A stretch of DNA of 64,000 bases. Origin: a virus. Location of the stretch: the IMG/VR virus record IMGVR_UViG_3300033153_007754, positions 32,001-96,000 of that record; one strand, written 5' to 3'. The notes under the pieces were generated by a model. The model saw only the letters and a program-made list of their open reading frames with translations. It had not been told where the DNA came from and did no database searches. Both the position numbers and the translations under genes were made by a program. Shown piece after piece: positions 50,513 to 59,606 of this stretch (positions are counted from its first letter, which is position 1; each line of letters starts with the position of its first letter).

Positions 50513-51610
50513 CTAATCTAAATCCATTGGCATTATATAATAATTAGTTTTAATACTACTATTTAATTTAGGATACACTCTAATTACTTCATCATTCTGA
50601 ATAAAATCAAATACCACTTCATTACTTTTCAATTTTTTTAATATTAACTCTAAAAAATGACCAGACAATCCTATTTGATTTATTTTATATTTGGATAATC
50701 CTATTTTAATTTTAGACTTTAATTTACTGTTATCAAAATCGTTTGTTCTTAAATACATGTTTTTACCATCAAGTGAATCTAATATAATTAAAAATGTATC
50801 TTTATTACTTAAAGCATTGATATCTGTAACATTTTTCAACAAACGTTTTCTATTAAAAAACAAAAGATTACCATTCTCTCTTGTTATAGATTCCCAGTTA
50901 ATAAAATCATTCCCTTGTGTTAATTCCCAGATTTCAAAATACTTGTTTTTAACACAAAACATATTATTACTTTTATCATAACTAATTTGTACTTTTAAAT
51001 TATTATTTCGGTATGGTGTTAATACTTTTATTAGATTTATTACAAATGTATTGTGTAATAAGAATTGGTATTCAACATCAGTTTGTTTAAAAATATTGAC
51101 ATTATTATGTGCTAATATAAAACTATTAGTTCCTATTATACCCTTATTACCAATACACACATTTTGTAATCTTTTTTTTGTAACATCTTTAGATGTCATT
51201 TCAGCAACATTTTCTAACTTTTCCAATAAACTGTTTAATGATATTTCACCCTTTAATTCATATTTGCTTATGTTTTGCGGATAAACAAAGCCATTATCAT
51301 GTAAATTCTCCACAACAAAGTTATATTTTTTATTAGAAATTTCGATTGAATCAAACAATTTCACCTCTGTTTGATAATCACTTAGATGGTTTTTAATTTT
51401 TAGTAAAACCTGTGGATTAAAGAATATGTTTTTAGTTGTTTCCTTGTTGATAGTAACGTTTTTTGGTAGATTGTATATAATACCACCACCTTCACTAATT
51501 CTTGCTACCAGCGCCTTTTTTTTAACATCCAAACAGACTGGATTGAAATTAAAATCCATAGTATTTAAAAAATTGGTTACACTGGTTATTATCGTATTAA
51601 ACTTTTGCAC
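50513..51610 (-). CDS. dnaN: DNA polymerase III beta-clamp (DnaN)-like protein
   Basis: 365 aa; SKDVTKKRLQNV, GTNSFILA (cf. ATDGHRLA), GNDFINWESI, IGLSGHFL, terminal YYIMPMDL. Confidence 0.78.
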   Translation of the reverse strand: MQKFNTIITSVTNFLNTMDFNFNPVCLDVKKKALVARISEGGGIIYNLPKNVTINKETTKNIFFNPQVLLKIKNHLSDYQTEVKLFDSIEISNKKYNFVVENLHDNGFVYPQNISKYELKGEISLNSLLEKLENVAEMTSKDVTKKRLQNVCIGNKGIIGTNSFILAHNNVNIFKQTDVEYQFLLHNTFVINLIKVLTPYRNNNLKVQISYDKSNNMFCVKNKYFEIWELTQGNDFINWESITRENGNLLFFNRKRLLKNVTDINALSNKDTFLIILDSLDGKNMYLRTNDFDNSKLKSKIKIGLSKYKINQIGLSGHFLELILKKLKSNEVVFDFIQNDEVIRVYPKLNSSIKTNYYIMPMDLD

Positions 51611-51702
51611 TATTAAAACTCCATTAAATATATTGTTTGTATTATAATGTAGTTGTAATATTTAATAAATATTTTTATGCAATGTTTTTTAAGGGGGTTG
51701 TT

Positions 51703-51804
51703 ATGGCAACATGTAAGTGTGGTAGTAGTAGAACTGTAATGGGTGATGATGGTGTTTTGTATTGTGTTAGTTGTGGAAAAAAATTAAGTGGTGGTAGAAA
51801 ATGA
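51703..51804 (+). CDS. 33 aa zinc-ribbon miniprotein
   Basis: MATCKCGSS...LYCVSCGKK; GGGGG RBS; ATGA overlap with the next gene. Confidence 0.6.
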   Translation: MATCKCGSSRTVMGDDGVLYCVSCGKKLSGGRK

Positions 51805-52361
51805 TAAAATTAATAACAAAAATAATTGATTTAATAACCTTAATATTTACTTTTTGGAAAGATAGAAAAAATAAAGACGATGTTAAAACAACTGGCATCA
51901 ATTCACTGAATGATTTAAATCTTACAACAGACGATTTTACAAATTTATGGTTACTAGCTAATGATAATAAAAATAAATTGATAAGATTAAGATTGAATAA
52001 AAAACAAAAAAAAGCAAATAAAGGTAAAATTGTGAACTGGGAAAAACAAGATGGGAAATCAACAATAATTTTATTACAGATTTTTATGGCTATGATAAAA
52101 GAAGTTAATAACGGAAAAAAATTTGGTTTAATATTAGATAGTGTTAGTAGATTTCAAAAAGTTGCTACTTTTTTAAAAGAAATCCAAAGCGCAAATAACA
52201 ACCTAAGGAATAATTTTAGTCTTTTAAAAATAGAAACAAACAAAACAATTACTTGTGATATAAATAACACTAAATTATACATAACATCTAAAAGAAAAAA
52301 AGATGATGATTTTAAAGCGCTTGATTTAAATTTTTTATTTGAGGATATAAATGAGATATAA
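51801..52361 (+). CDS. truncated, degenerate terminase-ATPase-like protein
   Basis: collinear similarity to the gp17 N-terminal ATPase from the Walker A to the Walker B region. Confidence 0.6.
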   Translation: MIKLITKIIDLITLIFTFWKDRKNKDDVKTTGINSLNDLNLTTDDFTNLWLLANDNKNKLIRLRLNKKQKKANKGKIVNWEKQDGKSTIILLQIFMAMIKEVNNGKKFGLILDSVSRFQKVATFLKEIQSANNNLRNNFSLLKIETNKTITCDINNTKLYITSKRKKDDDFKALDLNFLFEDINEI

Positions 52362-52935
52362 CAAACATTTTAGATGGTTTCTTGCATCTAATATTAATAA
52401 TAACCCAGCTTTAACATACGAAACAAAGCCGTTTATTGCTTTTGGTTATAACCCTGCTGTAAATACTGATACTGAACCTGATTTTAGTGATTTCGTGGGT
52501 GGTGGGTTTAATAAACTGGATAAAATAAAAATAGTTAAAGATAAAGAATTACTGGAAACACCACATATAACTATAAATGGTAGAGATTATTTATATCTTT
52601 CTAGTGTTTCCAACTTCGATACTTTTGATGACATAATTGGAAGTGTAGATATAAGTAAAGACGATGTTTTTTATCACTTACATTTACAAAAAGCTGTTGA
52701 TTTAACATACTATAAAAACAATACAATCCATGATAAAATTAATCAAATATTAATATTTTTAATTAAAAATAAAACTGGTTCGCCTTACAAATATGATGAT
52801 TACACACTTGATGAATTAAATTGTGATAATCTAACATCTGATTATGAGATAATCCCACTTGCTTTACAGTATACAACTATTTTAGATTTATCAGCCACTT
52901 CGGAATTATATTTTCAATTTGATGTAATTATTTAA
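52351..52935 (+). CDS. hypothetical, possibly baseplate (gp8-like) protein
   Basis: GAGG RBS; terminal YFQFDVII strand. Confidence 0.45.
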   Translation: MRYNKHFRWFLASNINNNPALTYETKPFIAFGYNPAVNTDTEPDFSDFVGGGFNKLDKIKIVKDKELLETPHITINGRDYLYLSSVSNFDTFDDIIGSVDISKDDVFYHLHLQKAVDLTYYKNNTIHDKINQILIFLIKNKTGSPYKYDDYTLDELNCDNLTSDYEIIPLALQYTTILDLSATSELYFQFDVII

Positions 52936-52995
52936 ATTTCTTTACTAATTAAATACAAAATACTATAATTATATTTTTCACAGGAAGGTATTATT

Positions 52996-53511
52996 ATGAA
53001 AAAGAATGAAGTCATTTTATCAATAAAATATGGTAAAAATGATAAATTAGAAGATTTATTTGGCACAATAAAAGAAAAAGGTTATGAAATGGAAATAATC
53101 GAATATAAAAATAGGTTTAATTTCTTTTCTTTCATTAAAAATATCTGGAATAAAATAAAAAAAACATATAATAAATATAATATTGAAATTGGTGGTGTTA
53201 TATTTGTAGTTGTTTTTATTGTGGTGGTGGGTTTATTAGGTCAATCTCTTTTCAAATACTTGAGTGAATCACAGCGAAAAAGTGATGATGAATATAAACA
53301 ATATTTGAAGACAACTATAGAAAAAAATATTACAATTGGTGTATCTAAAGATTGCTTAATAAAGTATAAAAAACCAGCAAATGAATTAATTCGTAATATA
53401 TACAAGGATAGATATTCTGATATAGGTTCTTCACCAAAAAAGGATAAAGAAATAGAACTTGAAATAAACAAATCTTTAAATGAACTATGTGAAGGTTTTG
53501 TTAATGAATAA
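52996..53511 (+). CDS. single-TM protein, paralogue family member 1
   Basis: central TM helix, two C-terminal Cys. Confidence 0.75.
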   Translation: MKKNEVILSIKYGKNDKLEDLFGTIKEKGYEMEIIEYKNRFNFFSFIKNIWNKIKKTYNKYNIEIGGVIFVVVFIVVVGLLGQSLFKYLSESQRKSDDEYKQYLKTTIEKNITIGVSKDCLIKYKKPANELIRNIYKDRYSDIGSSPKKDKEIELEINKSLNELCEGFVNE

Positions 53512-53533
53512 ATTATTATAAAATGGTGGTGTT

Positions 53534-54049
53534 ATGGATAAGAATGAAGTTGCATTATTAATTAAATATAATGAAGAGGATAAGTTAGAAAACCTGTTTT
53601 TAGGAATCAAAGAAAAAGGTTACGAAATGGAGATAATTGAATATAAAAGGAAGTTTAAACCCGTTTCGTTTATTAATATTATTTTATCTGGATACAAGGA
53701 TATATATATTAAATATTATAGAGAAATCTGGGTTACTATAATCTCAATATTTTTTTTACTTCTAATATCAGTTACATACACATTCACCTCTGATTTAGCA
53801 AAATCCTTAAATAAAAATGATGATGGTGGGTATGATTTATTTTTAAAGAAAAGTATACAAAAAAATATTACAATGGGTGTGTCTGGGTCTTGTTTAAAAA
53901 CATATAGTAAAACAGCAAATAATATTATTAAGAAAATATACACCCATAATCGTACTAATATAGGTTATTCACCCAAAGAAGATAATAAAATAAATAATAA
54001 AATAAACAAGTCTTTAAATGGACTATGTGAAGGTTTTGTTAATGAATAA
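53534..54049 (+). CDS. single-TM protein, paralogue family member 2
   Basis: same length as member 1, shares IKEKGYEMEIIEYK and LCEGFVNE. Confidence 0.75.
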   Translation: MDKNEVALLIKYNEEDKLENLFLGIKEKGYEMEIIEYKRKFKPVSFINIILSGYKDIYIKYYREIWVTIISIFFLLLISVTYTFTSDLAKSLNKNDDGGYDLFLKKSIQKNITMGVSGSCLKTYSKTANNIIKKIYTHNRTNIGYSPKEDNKINNKINKSLNGLCEGFVNE

Positions 54050-54373
54050 ATGGAGATGTATATGGAAGATTTATTGGGTTCAATTTTCACCGTAATTGTA
54101 GTTTTTGGTTCTTTCCCAGTAATACATAATTTTATAACCAAGGATTACCAGGAAACAAATAAAAAGCGCAATGACTTCAAGAAAAAACAAGTAGAACTAG
54201 TTATTAAAAAAGGTGTGTCAGAAGTATGTATTTTAAAGTATAAAAAATCAAGCAATAAAATAATCAATGACATTTATTATAAACATAAAAGGGTGATTGG
54301 AGAAAGCTTTAAAAAAGATACTGAAATTGAATATGAAATATATGATGCATTAGAACAATTATGTGGTGTTTAA
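54050..54373 (+). CDS. single-TM protein, paralogue family member 3
   Basis: GVSEVCILKYKK...LCGV. Confidence 0.7.
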   Translation: MEMYMEDLLGSIFTVIVVFGSFPVIHNFITKDYQETNKKRNDFKKKQVELVIKKGVSEVCILKYKKSSNKIINDIYYKHKRVIGESFKKDTEIEYEIYDALEQLCGV

Positions 54374-54750
54374 ACTAATTCTAAAAGAAAGTGGTATTTA
54401 TCATCTTTTCCCCAAAAATGAGACAATGTATAAACATCATCTTCATACATTTTTTTTAATGCATTCCCAACATCCACAATTGAGTTGGGTACAATTTCCA
54501 AATATTCTTTTACAATATGAGCATATGAAGAATTTTTTAAAAAATCTTTGCCGTAATTGTCTATTAAAGCCTTTTTGAAATCATTTATTACTTCATTAGC
54601 ATCATAATATATATATGATGCCTTGTTTTTCAACATTTTTTTAATTCTTTTTGCATTTTGAATTAAAAGCCGTTCATTCAACACTTTTAATTCACCCTTG
54701 ATTACTTTCTTTTCATTTCTTTTATTTTTCATTCCATAATAACTTAACAT
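54370..54750 (-). CDS. hypothetical protein
   Basis: AGGAGG RBS before MLSYYG; TTGACA promoter at 54810-54815. Confidence 0.6.
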   Translation of the reverse strand: MLSYYGMKNKRNEKKVIKGELKVLNERLLIQNAKRIKKMLKNKASYIYYDANEVINDFKKALIDNYGKDFLKNSSYAHIVKEYLEIVPNSIVDVGNALKKMYEDDVYTLSHFWGKDDKYHFLLELV

Positions 54751-55056
54751 ACTACCTCCTAAAAGTAAAAGACAACCCGTTATCATAACATAACTAATTT
54801 TTCTTCATTTGTCAAGCTGTTTTTTAGTTTTTAGTTTATATCACCGACCTGAATGTCGATGTTTCGTAGTAATTTATGTGAAGTTTTAAAGGATGTTTAG
54901 CGTTTAATATATTTGAAAATCTTTTTTAACAATAACAACACACCACTTATATTTATTTTAGTTCCTTGCTTATCTAAACCAACTTTTCTGGTTATAGCAT
55001 TAAATTCACTCATTGAAAGTTTTTTAGACTTTTCTAATGCTTTTTTTAATGAGATT

Positions 55057-55311
55057 TTATTGTTCATCATAAGTCAACTTAAAAACATCTGGTTTACACG
55101 GGTAAAATTCACCTGTAACACCTTTTATTATATAATCCCCAATACTAGTATTCATTACACCTTCAAGCGTCTTAATCGGGATGTTTGATGTGTCATTGAT
55201 ATCACCACAATCTTTTCCTATAAACTCAATACATTCTTGAAAGGATTTTTTACTTCCATCAAACAAAACAGCTTTAACAACAATTCTTTTTTTTACATAT
55301 TCTTTAATCAT
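55057..55311 (-). CDS. conserved phage protein (PGDYG-like)
   Basis: IKTLEGVM....GDYIIKGV.GEFYPCKPDVF..TY. Confidence 0.8.
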   Translation of the reverse strand: MIKEYVKKRIVVKAVLFDGSKKSFQECIEFIGKDCGDINDTSNIPIKTLEGVMNTSIGDYIIKGVTGEFYPCKPDVFKLTYDEQ

Positions 55312-55337
55312 TACTTTTTACCTCATCAAATATTAAT

Positions 55338-55852
55338 TTATATAACTTCTTTACCATTAAGAAATAATATTTCATACTCTTTAGTGCCATCTTTTTTCCC
55401 AGCCTTATAAATTGCCTGATATGACATTATCCCGTTTTCATACCACGCAATTTCAATACCATCTTGATATCCATTTTTAAACTTCCGTTCTAATTCTTTA
55501 TATCATAATACCATGTTGCCAATCCATGGATTTCCCCATTTTTATAATTAAATTCTTCTACTTTTTTACCACCAACCCACCTTAAACAAGTTTTACCATG
55601 TAATTTACCTTTTTTATAATGTTCAACTAATCTTAAACCAGAAAAAAATGACACAAATCTACCATGTTTTTTTCCATTTTTATAATAACCTTTTTCTTCA
55701 ACCTCACCATTATCATCCCATTCAATAAATATACCATGCAACCTATCTTTATTATAATGTTTTATAGCCTTTAAATCACCATTCTGGTATTCTCTGTGTT
55801 CACCATTTTTAACAATCTTCTTTTCTTTCTTAATTGATTTGCTTTTAGTCAT
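55338..55852 (-). pseudogene. MORN-variant repeat protein, frameshifted near 55500
   Basis: YKNGKKHG-type repeats continue in another frame (KELERKFKNGYQDG..WYENG..YKAGKKDG) after the TAG at 55490. Confidence 0.65.
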
Positions 55853-55875
55853 TTATCCCCTTAATGAATTAAAAT

Positions 55876-56151
55876 TTATAAAGAATATTTTTTTTTTATG
55901 TCATCCAAAGTTAGTGTACCATTTTTTTCTAATATCTTTATTATTATATGAAATGGTGTATATGTTGGTAAATCACAACCATCTTCAATCCTAAAACCAA
56001 TACCATCAGAGTCAAAAATATTAAAAGTAATTTCGCAATTAAGCATATTACCAATCATTTCCGCCATTTTTGAAGCGGCATCATATACTTTATTTTCATA
56101 TTTATTTATATTCTCATGCAATTTTTTAATTTTTTTTATATCATCTTTCAT
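55876..56151 (-). CDS. hypothetical early protein
   Basis: downstream of a promoter plus hairpin module. Confidence 0.6.
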   Translation of the reverse strand: MKDDIKKIKKLHENINKYENKVYDAASKMAEMIGNMLNCEITFNIFDSDGIGFRIEDGCDLPTYTPFHIIIKILEKNGTLTLDDIKKKYSL

Positions 56152-56169
56152 ATCAACACCCAATAACAC

Positions 56170-56223
56170 ATGGCTTAATTACCATGTATTGATAGTATAC
56201 ATATGTTACAAATAAATTGTCAA
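56170..56223 (-). promoter_or_regulatory. early promoter plus conserved ATGGTAATTAAGCCAT hairpin
   Basis: TTGACA-18-TATACT, then the motif at 56170-56185 with an extended stem. Confidence 0.7.
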
Positions 56224-56235
56224 GTATTTTTTTCA

Positions 56236-56514
56236 TCATTTGATTTTGCATATCTCATTGATTAGTTTAATTGCAGGAATTACATCAACTGTGCCACTCA
56301 TTTTTTTTTCTTTTTCTGATATTATATTTAACATAGATTTAACACATTTATTTTCCAACATTTCGATTGTTTCAAAATGTTTTGATATTATTGGTGAATT
56401 ATATTTTTTTCCTTCTTTAAATACAATAACAATTGTTACAAAAAAGGTAATAATGGATAAAATGATAATGTAAGGTATAAGGAAATCAATCTTATTAAAT
56501 AATTTATTTAACAT
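56236..56514 (-). CDS. single-TM protein with two Cys (family member 4)
   Basis: ENKCVKSM...INEIC. Confidence 0.65.
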   Translation of the reverse strand: MLNKLFNKIDFLIPYIIILSIITFFVTIVIVFKEGKKYNSPIISKHFETIEMLENKCVKSMLNIISEKEKKMSGTVDVIPAIKLINEICKIK

Positions 56515-56773
56515 TTTTAACACCACACATCTCATTGATTTCTTTAATTATTTTAATTCTCTTACTACTGCTTTCCCCTGATGTTTTTATCATAGAATTA
56601 ACACACTTATTTTCAGATAACCCCATAACACTATAATGGTTTGATAGTTTTTTATGCGTTTCCCCATTTTCATTGTGTTCATCAATTAATATTATAGTTG
56701 CTGTTATAAACATGAGAATTAACACAATAAAGAATGTACTCATTACATAATCCATAAAATTCATATCGTTCAT
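56504..56773 (-). CDS. single-TM protein with two Cys (family member 5)
   Basis: ENKCVNSM...INEMCGV; AGGAGG RBS. Confidence 0.65.
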   Translation of the reverse strand: MNDMNFMDYVMSTFFIVLILMFITATIILIDEHNENGETHKKLSNHYSVMGLSENKCVNSMIKTSGESSSKRIKIIKEINEMCGVKNVK

Positions 56774-56789
56774 TTAAAAACCTCCTTAT

Positions 56790-59570
56790 TTAACATTTAG
56801 AATTACCACACGATTTACATATTTCACAACCACCTTCAAACACCATATTTTCACCACATTCATCACAAGTAACACCTTTTACGATGCTTCCTTCTAAATA
56901 TGTTTTTAATAATTTTTTAACCTGAAATAAAAATGAATAAATTGGTGGTTCAACATTTTCAATCGAATTTATTATTTCTATAATAGGTATTCTATGTCTT
57001 AATAACATAGATATAATCCTAGACATCTTTTGTATATTAGATTGCTTATGTGACTTACCTTCTAATTCTTTAACTAACTCAGGTTTTAAATGTAAATAAG
57101 CAAGTTTTAAAAGTTCCGTTTCAACATTATTCGTCAATAATCTTGTTTCAGTACTATTTGTAAAGGTAAATATGTCATACGGTAAATTAGTTTCAGAATC
57201 AGGTGTTATAAAAACATACCATTTTCGATATTCACTTTTAATTATTTTTCTAATAACATTATTTACATCCGGATTCATAGATTTAACATCTTGTAAAACA
57301 GGTGAATCTAATTTATACTTTGTTTCTGTTTGGTTTTCCTTAACAGAACTTAATACATTACCCCTGCAACCATCTCTATAAACAGTTATACCTTTCAGTC
57401 CATTTTTCCAAGCTGATTTATATATATCACTTATAACACTTTTATCAACACTTTCAGGTAAATTCACTGTTGAAGAAATTGATGAAGTAATATGTTTTTG
57501 TATAGTTGCTTGCATTTTAATACGATATTCATAATCAATATTTTCAGCTTCAACAAAAATTTCTTTACTGCATTTCTCACCTTCAATTTCTTCATATCTT
57601 TTCAATGTATGATGTTGTGTTATCATTTCAAGAGTTTCATCACCAGATTTAACTTTTCTTACTTGTTGAATACTATAAACAGGTTCAATTCCAGCAGAAC
57701 AATTATCATGTGTCAAAGAAATTGAACCATTTGGTGCAACCGTTGTTAAAGATACATTTCTAATACCATGTATTTGTAACTTTTTTTGATATTCACTACT
57801 TAATGTTTTAAAATAATCATGATTTTTAAAGTTTTTTATTTCTTGGTTTTCTGAGTGTTTCACCATATATGGAAAAGCGCCCCTTTCAATAGCTAAATCT
57901 ATAGATGTCTTAATAGTTTGATTCTTTATAAAAGACATTAAATCATCAACAACTTTAATTGCTTCATCAGAATCATATTTAATACCTAAAAATGCTAACA
58001 TATCTGCTAAACCAGTTATACCTAAACCAATTCGTCTACCATCTAATAGTTTTATTTTGTTTGCTAATAATGGTTGTTTATCTTGGTTGATTTCAACGAT
58101 ATTATCTAATCCACGAATTAATAATTCAACACTTTTACTTAATTTATCATAGTCTATAACTGCATTTTTCCTAAAAGGATTTATTACAAAATTATGTAAA
58201 ACAATAGAACCTAAATTACAACTTTCGTTTGCAGACATAGGAATTTCACCGCAATTATGAACCAAACATGTAGAATCACATACATCATTATTAATATAAA
58301 AATTATGGTTATCTTCAACCGTTAAATCATACACATCAATACTTTCATTTAAATCTTCTATTTTTATTACTTTAACAGTATATTCTTGATAATTATATGG
58401 ATTAAAATTATCATGGATAGCCATACCCAATGTATTCTTTGCTTCTGTATATGTTCCATCTAGGTTGGCAATTAAATGTTCTGGCGTACATACAAAATCA
58501 AATCCATTACTTAAATATAATTTTATAACTTTTTTATGTCCTGTTTTAAAGGCAATTGCATTTTTAACTTCACAAACCCATTCTTTACCATTGTGTTTGG
58601 CAGAATAAACTGGGAATTCTTTATTTTCTTCAGATAATACCCTAATATCTACACCACCACGACCATCAGCAACAGCAATACTTGTATCACCAGCAAAACA
58701 CGGGTTAGTAGTGACATATTTAAAATGTTCAATCTGATTTGCTGGGTCATTTTTCAATATAGCATCATTAAATAAACAAGCTGGTTCAGCATCGGAATGA
58801 TTGTTATCAATAAATGCTTCCCATATATCACCTACTCTAAAATTCTTTTTAAAGACATCACCATTTTCAAGTTTAAATGCTGTTTCCCATTCAGCATCCA
58901 TTTCATTATTATATACTAATCCCATAAACTTATCTGTCATTTGAATGGATATATTCGCATTTTCTATTTTGGTTTTATCACCATGTTTAATTTTAATGAA
59001 ATCCATCACGTCTGGGTGGTTGATGGAAATTGTTAAAATTAATGCTCCACGTCTTCCGTTTTGTGCTATTATCCCAGTTGCAGTAGAAAATAAATCCATA
59101 AATGAAACCGCACCAGTTGATATTTTTGCGGAATTATTAACTGGTGCACCTTTTGGTCTTAATTTAGAAATATCAAAACCAACACCACCGCCCATTTTCA
59201 TGATGTTCATCATATCTTTATTTGTTGCTGATATGCCATCTATAGAGTCTTTTTCTATATCTAATACAAAACAGTTAGATAGCGTTGATTTGGTGTCATA
59301 CGGGTTATTTAGTGCATATAAAACCCTACCGGCGAATGTTATTAGATTATTATCAAATTGTTCCTTAAATATTTCATACCATTTTGAATAATCATTTTTA
59401 AAAGAATCCCTTTCACACTTTGCCATTCCACCAGCCAGCCTATGATTCATATCTTTTTTACTCATTTCCAATACGTTATTATCTTTATCTGTTAATGCAT
59501 ATTTATTATAAAACACGAATGTTGATAAATCATGTTTATGTTTTTCAAGTAAGACATTTTTCTTTTCCAT
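56790..59570 (-). CDS. nrdJ: class II (adenosylcobalamin-dependent) ribonucleotide reductase with mini-intein
   Basis: TLSNCFV, GGGVG.D.S.LRP.G, QNGRRGAL, NP[intein]CGE, CNLGS, TVAPNGS, KGITVYRDGCR, C-terminal Zn ribbon. Confidence 0.92.
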   Translation of the reverse strand: MEKKNVLLEKHKHDLSTFVFYNKYALTDKDNNVLEMSKKDMNHRLAGGMAKCERDSFKNDYSKWYEIFKEQFDNNLITFAGRVLYALNNPYDTKSTLSNCFVLDIEKDSIDGISATNKDMMNIMKMGGGVGFDISKLRPKGAPVNNSAKISTGAVSFMDLFSTATGIIAQNGRRGALILTISINHPDVMDFIKIKHGDKTKIENANISIQMTDKFMGLVYNNEMDAEWETAFKLENGDVFKKNFRVGDIWEAFIDNNHSDAEPACLFNDAILKNDPANQIEHFKYVTTNPCFAGDTSIAVADGRGGVDIRVLSEENKEFPVYSAKHNGKEWVCEVKNAIAFKTGHKKVIKLYLSNGFDFVCTPEHLIANLDGTYTEAKNTLGMAIHDNFNPYNYQEYTVKVIKIEDLNESIDVYDLTVEDNHNFYINNDVCDSTCLVHNCGEIPMSANESCNLGSIVLHNFVINPFRKNAVIDYDKLSKSVELLIRGLDNIVEINQDKQPLLANKIKLLDGRRIGLGITGLADMLAFLGIKYDSDEAIKVVDDLMSFIKNQTIKTSIDLAIERGAFPYMVKHSENQEIKNFKNHDYFKTLSSEYQKKLQIHGIRNVSLTTVAPNGSISLTHDNCSAGIEPVYSIQQVRKVKSGDETLEMITQHHTLKRYEEIEGEKCSKEIFVEAENIDYEYRIKMQATIQKHITSSISSTVNLPESVDKSVISDIYKSAWKNGLKGITVYRDGCRGNVLSSVKENQTETKYKLDSPVLQDVKSMNPDVNNVIRKIIKSEYRKWYVFITPDSETNLPYDIFTFTNSTETRLLTNNVETELLKLAYLHLKPELVKELEGKSHKQSNIQKMSRIISMLLRHRIPIIEIINSIENVEPPIYSFLFQVKKLLKTYLEGSIVKGVTCDECGENMVFEGGCEICKSCGNSKC
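58254..58700 (-). mobile_element. 149 aa mini-intein without homing endonuclease
   Basis: CFAGDT start, block B CTPEH, VYDLTVEDNHNF...LVHN/C end. Confidence 0.92.
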
Positions 59571-59606
59571 ATTAATGACCTTATTATTGTTAAATTATTA
59601 ATAAAA

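Noticed and set aside
52996-54050. Diversity-generating retroelement (TR/VR pair)
   Set aside because: There is no reverse transcriptase in the window, and the repeat is simply the shared 3' end of tandem paralogues.
55490-55852. Toxin-antitoxin system (YwqK-like antitoxin)
   Set aside because: That label is generic for MORN-variant repeats, and there is no adjacent toxin.
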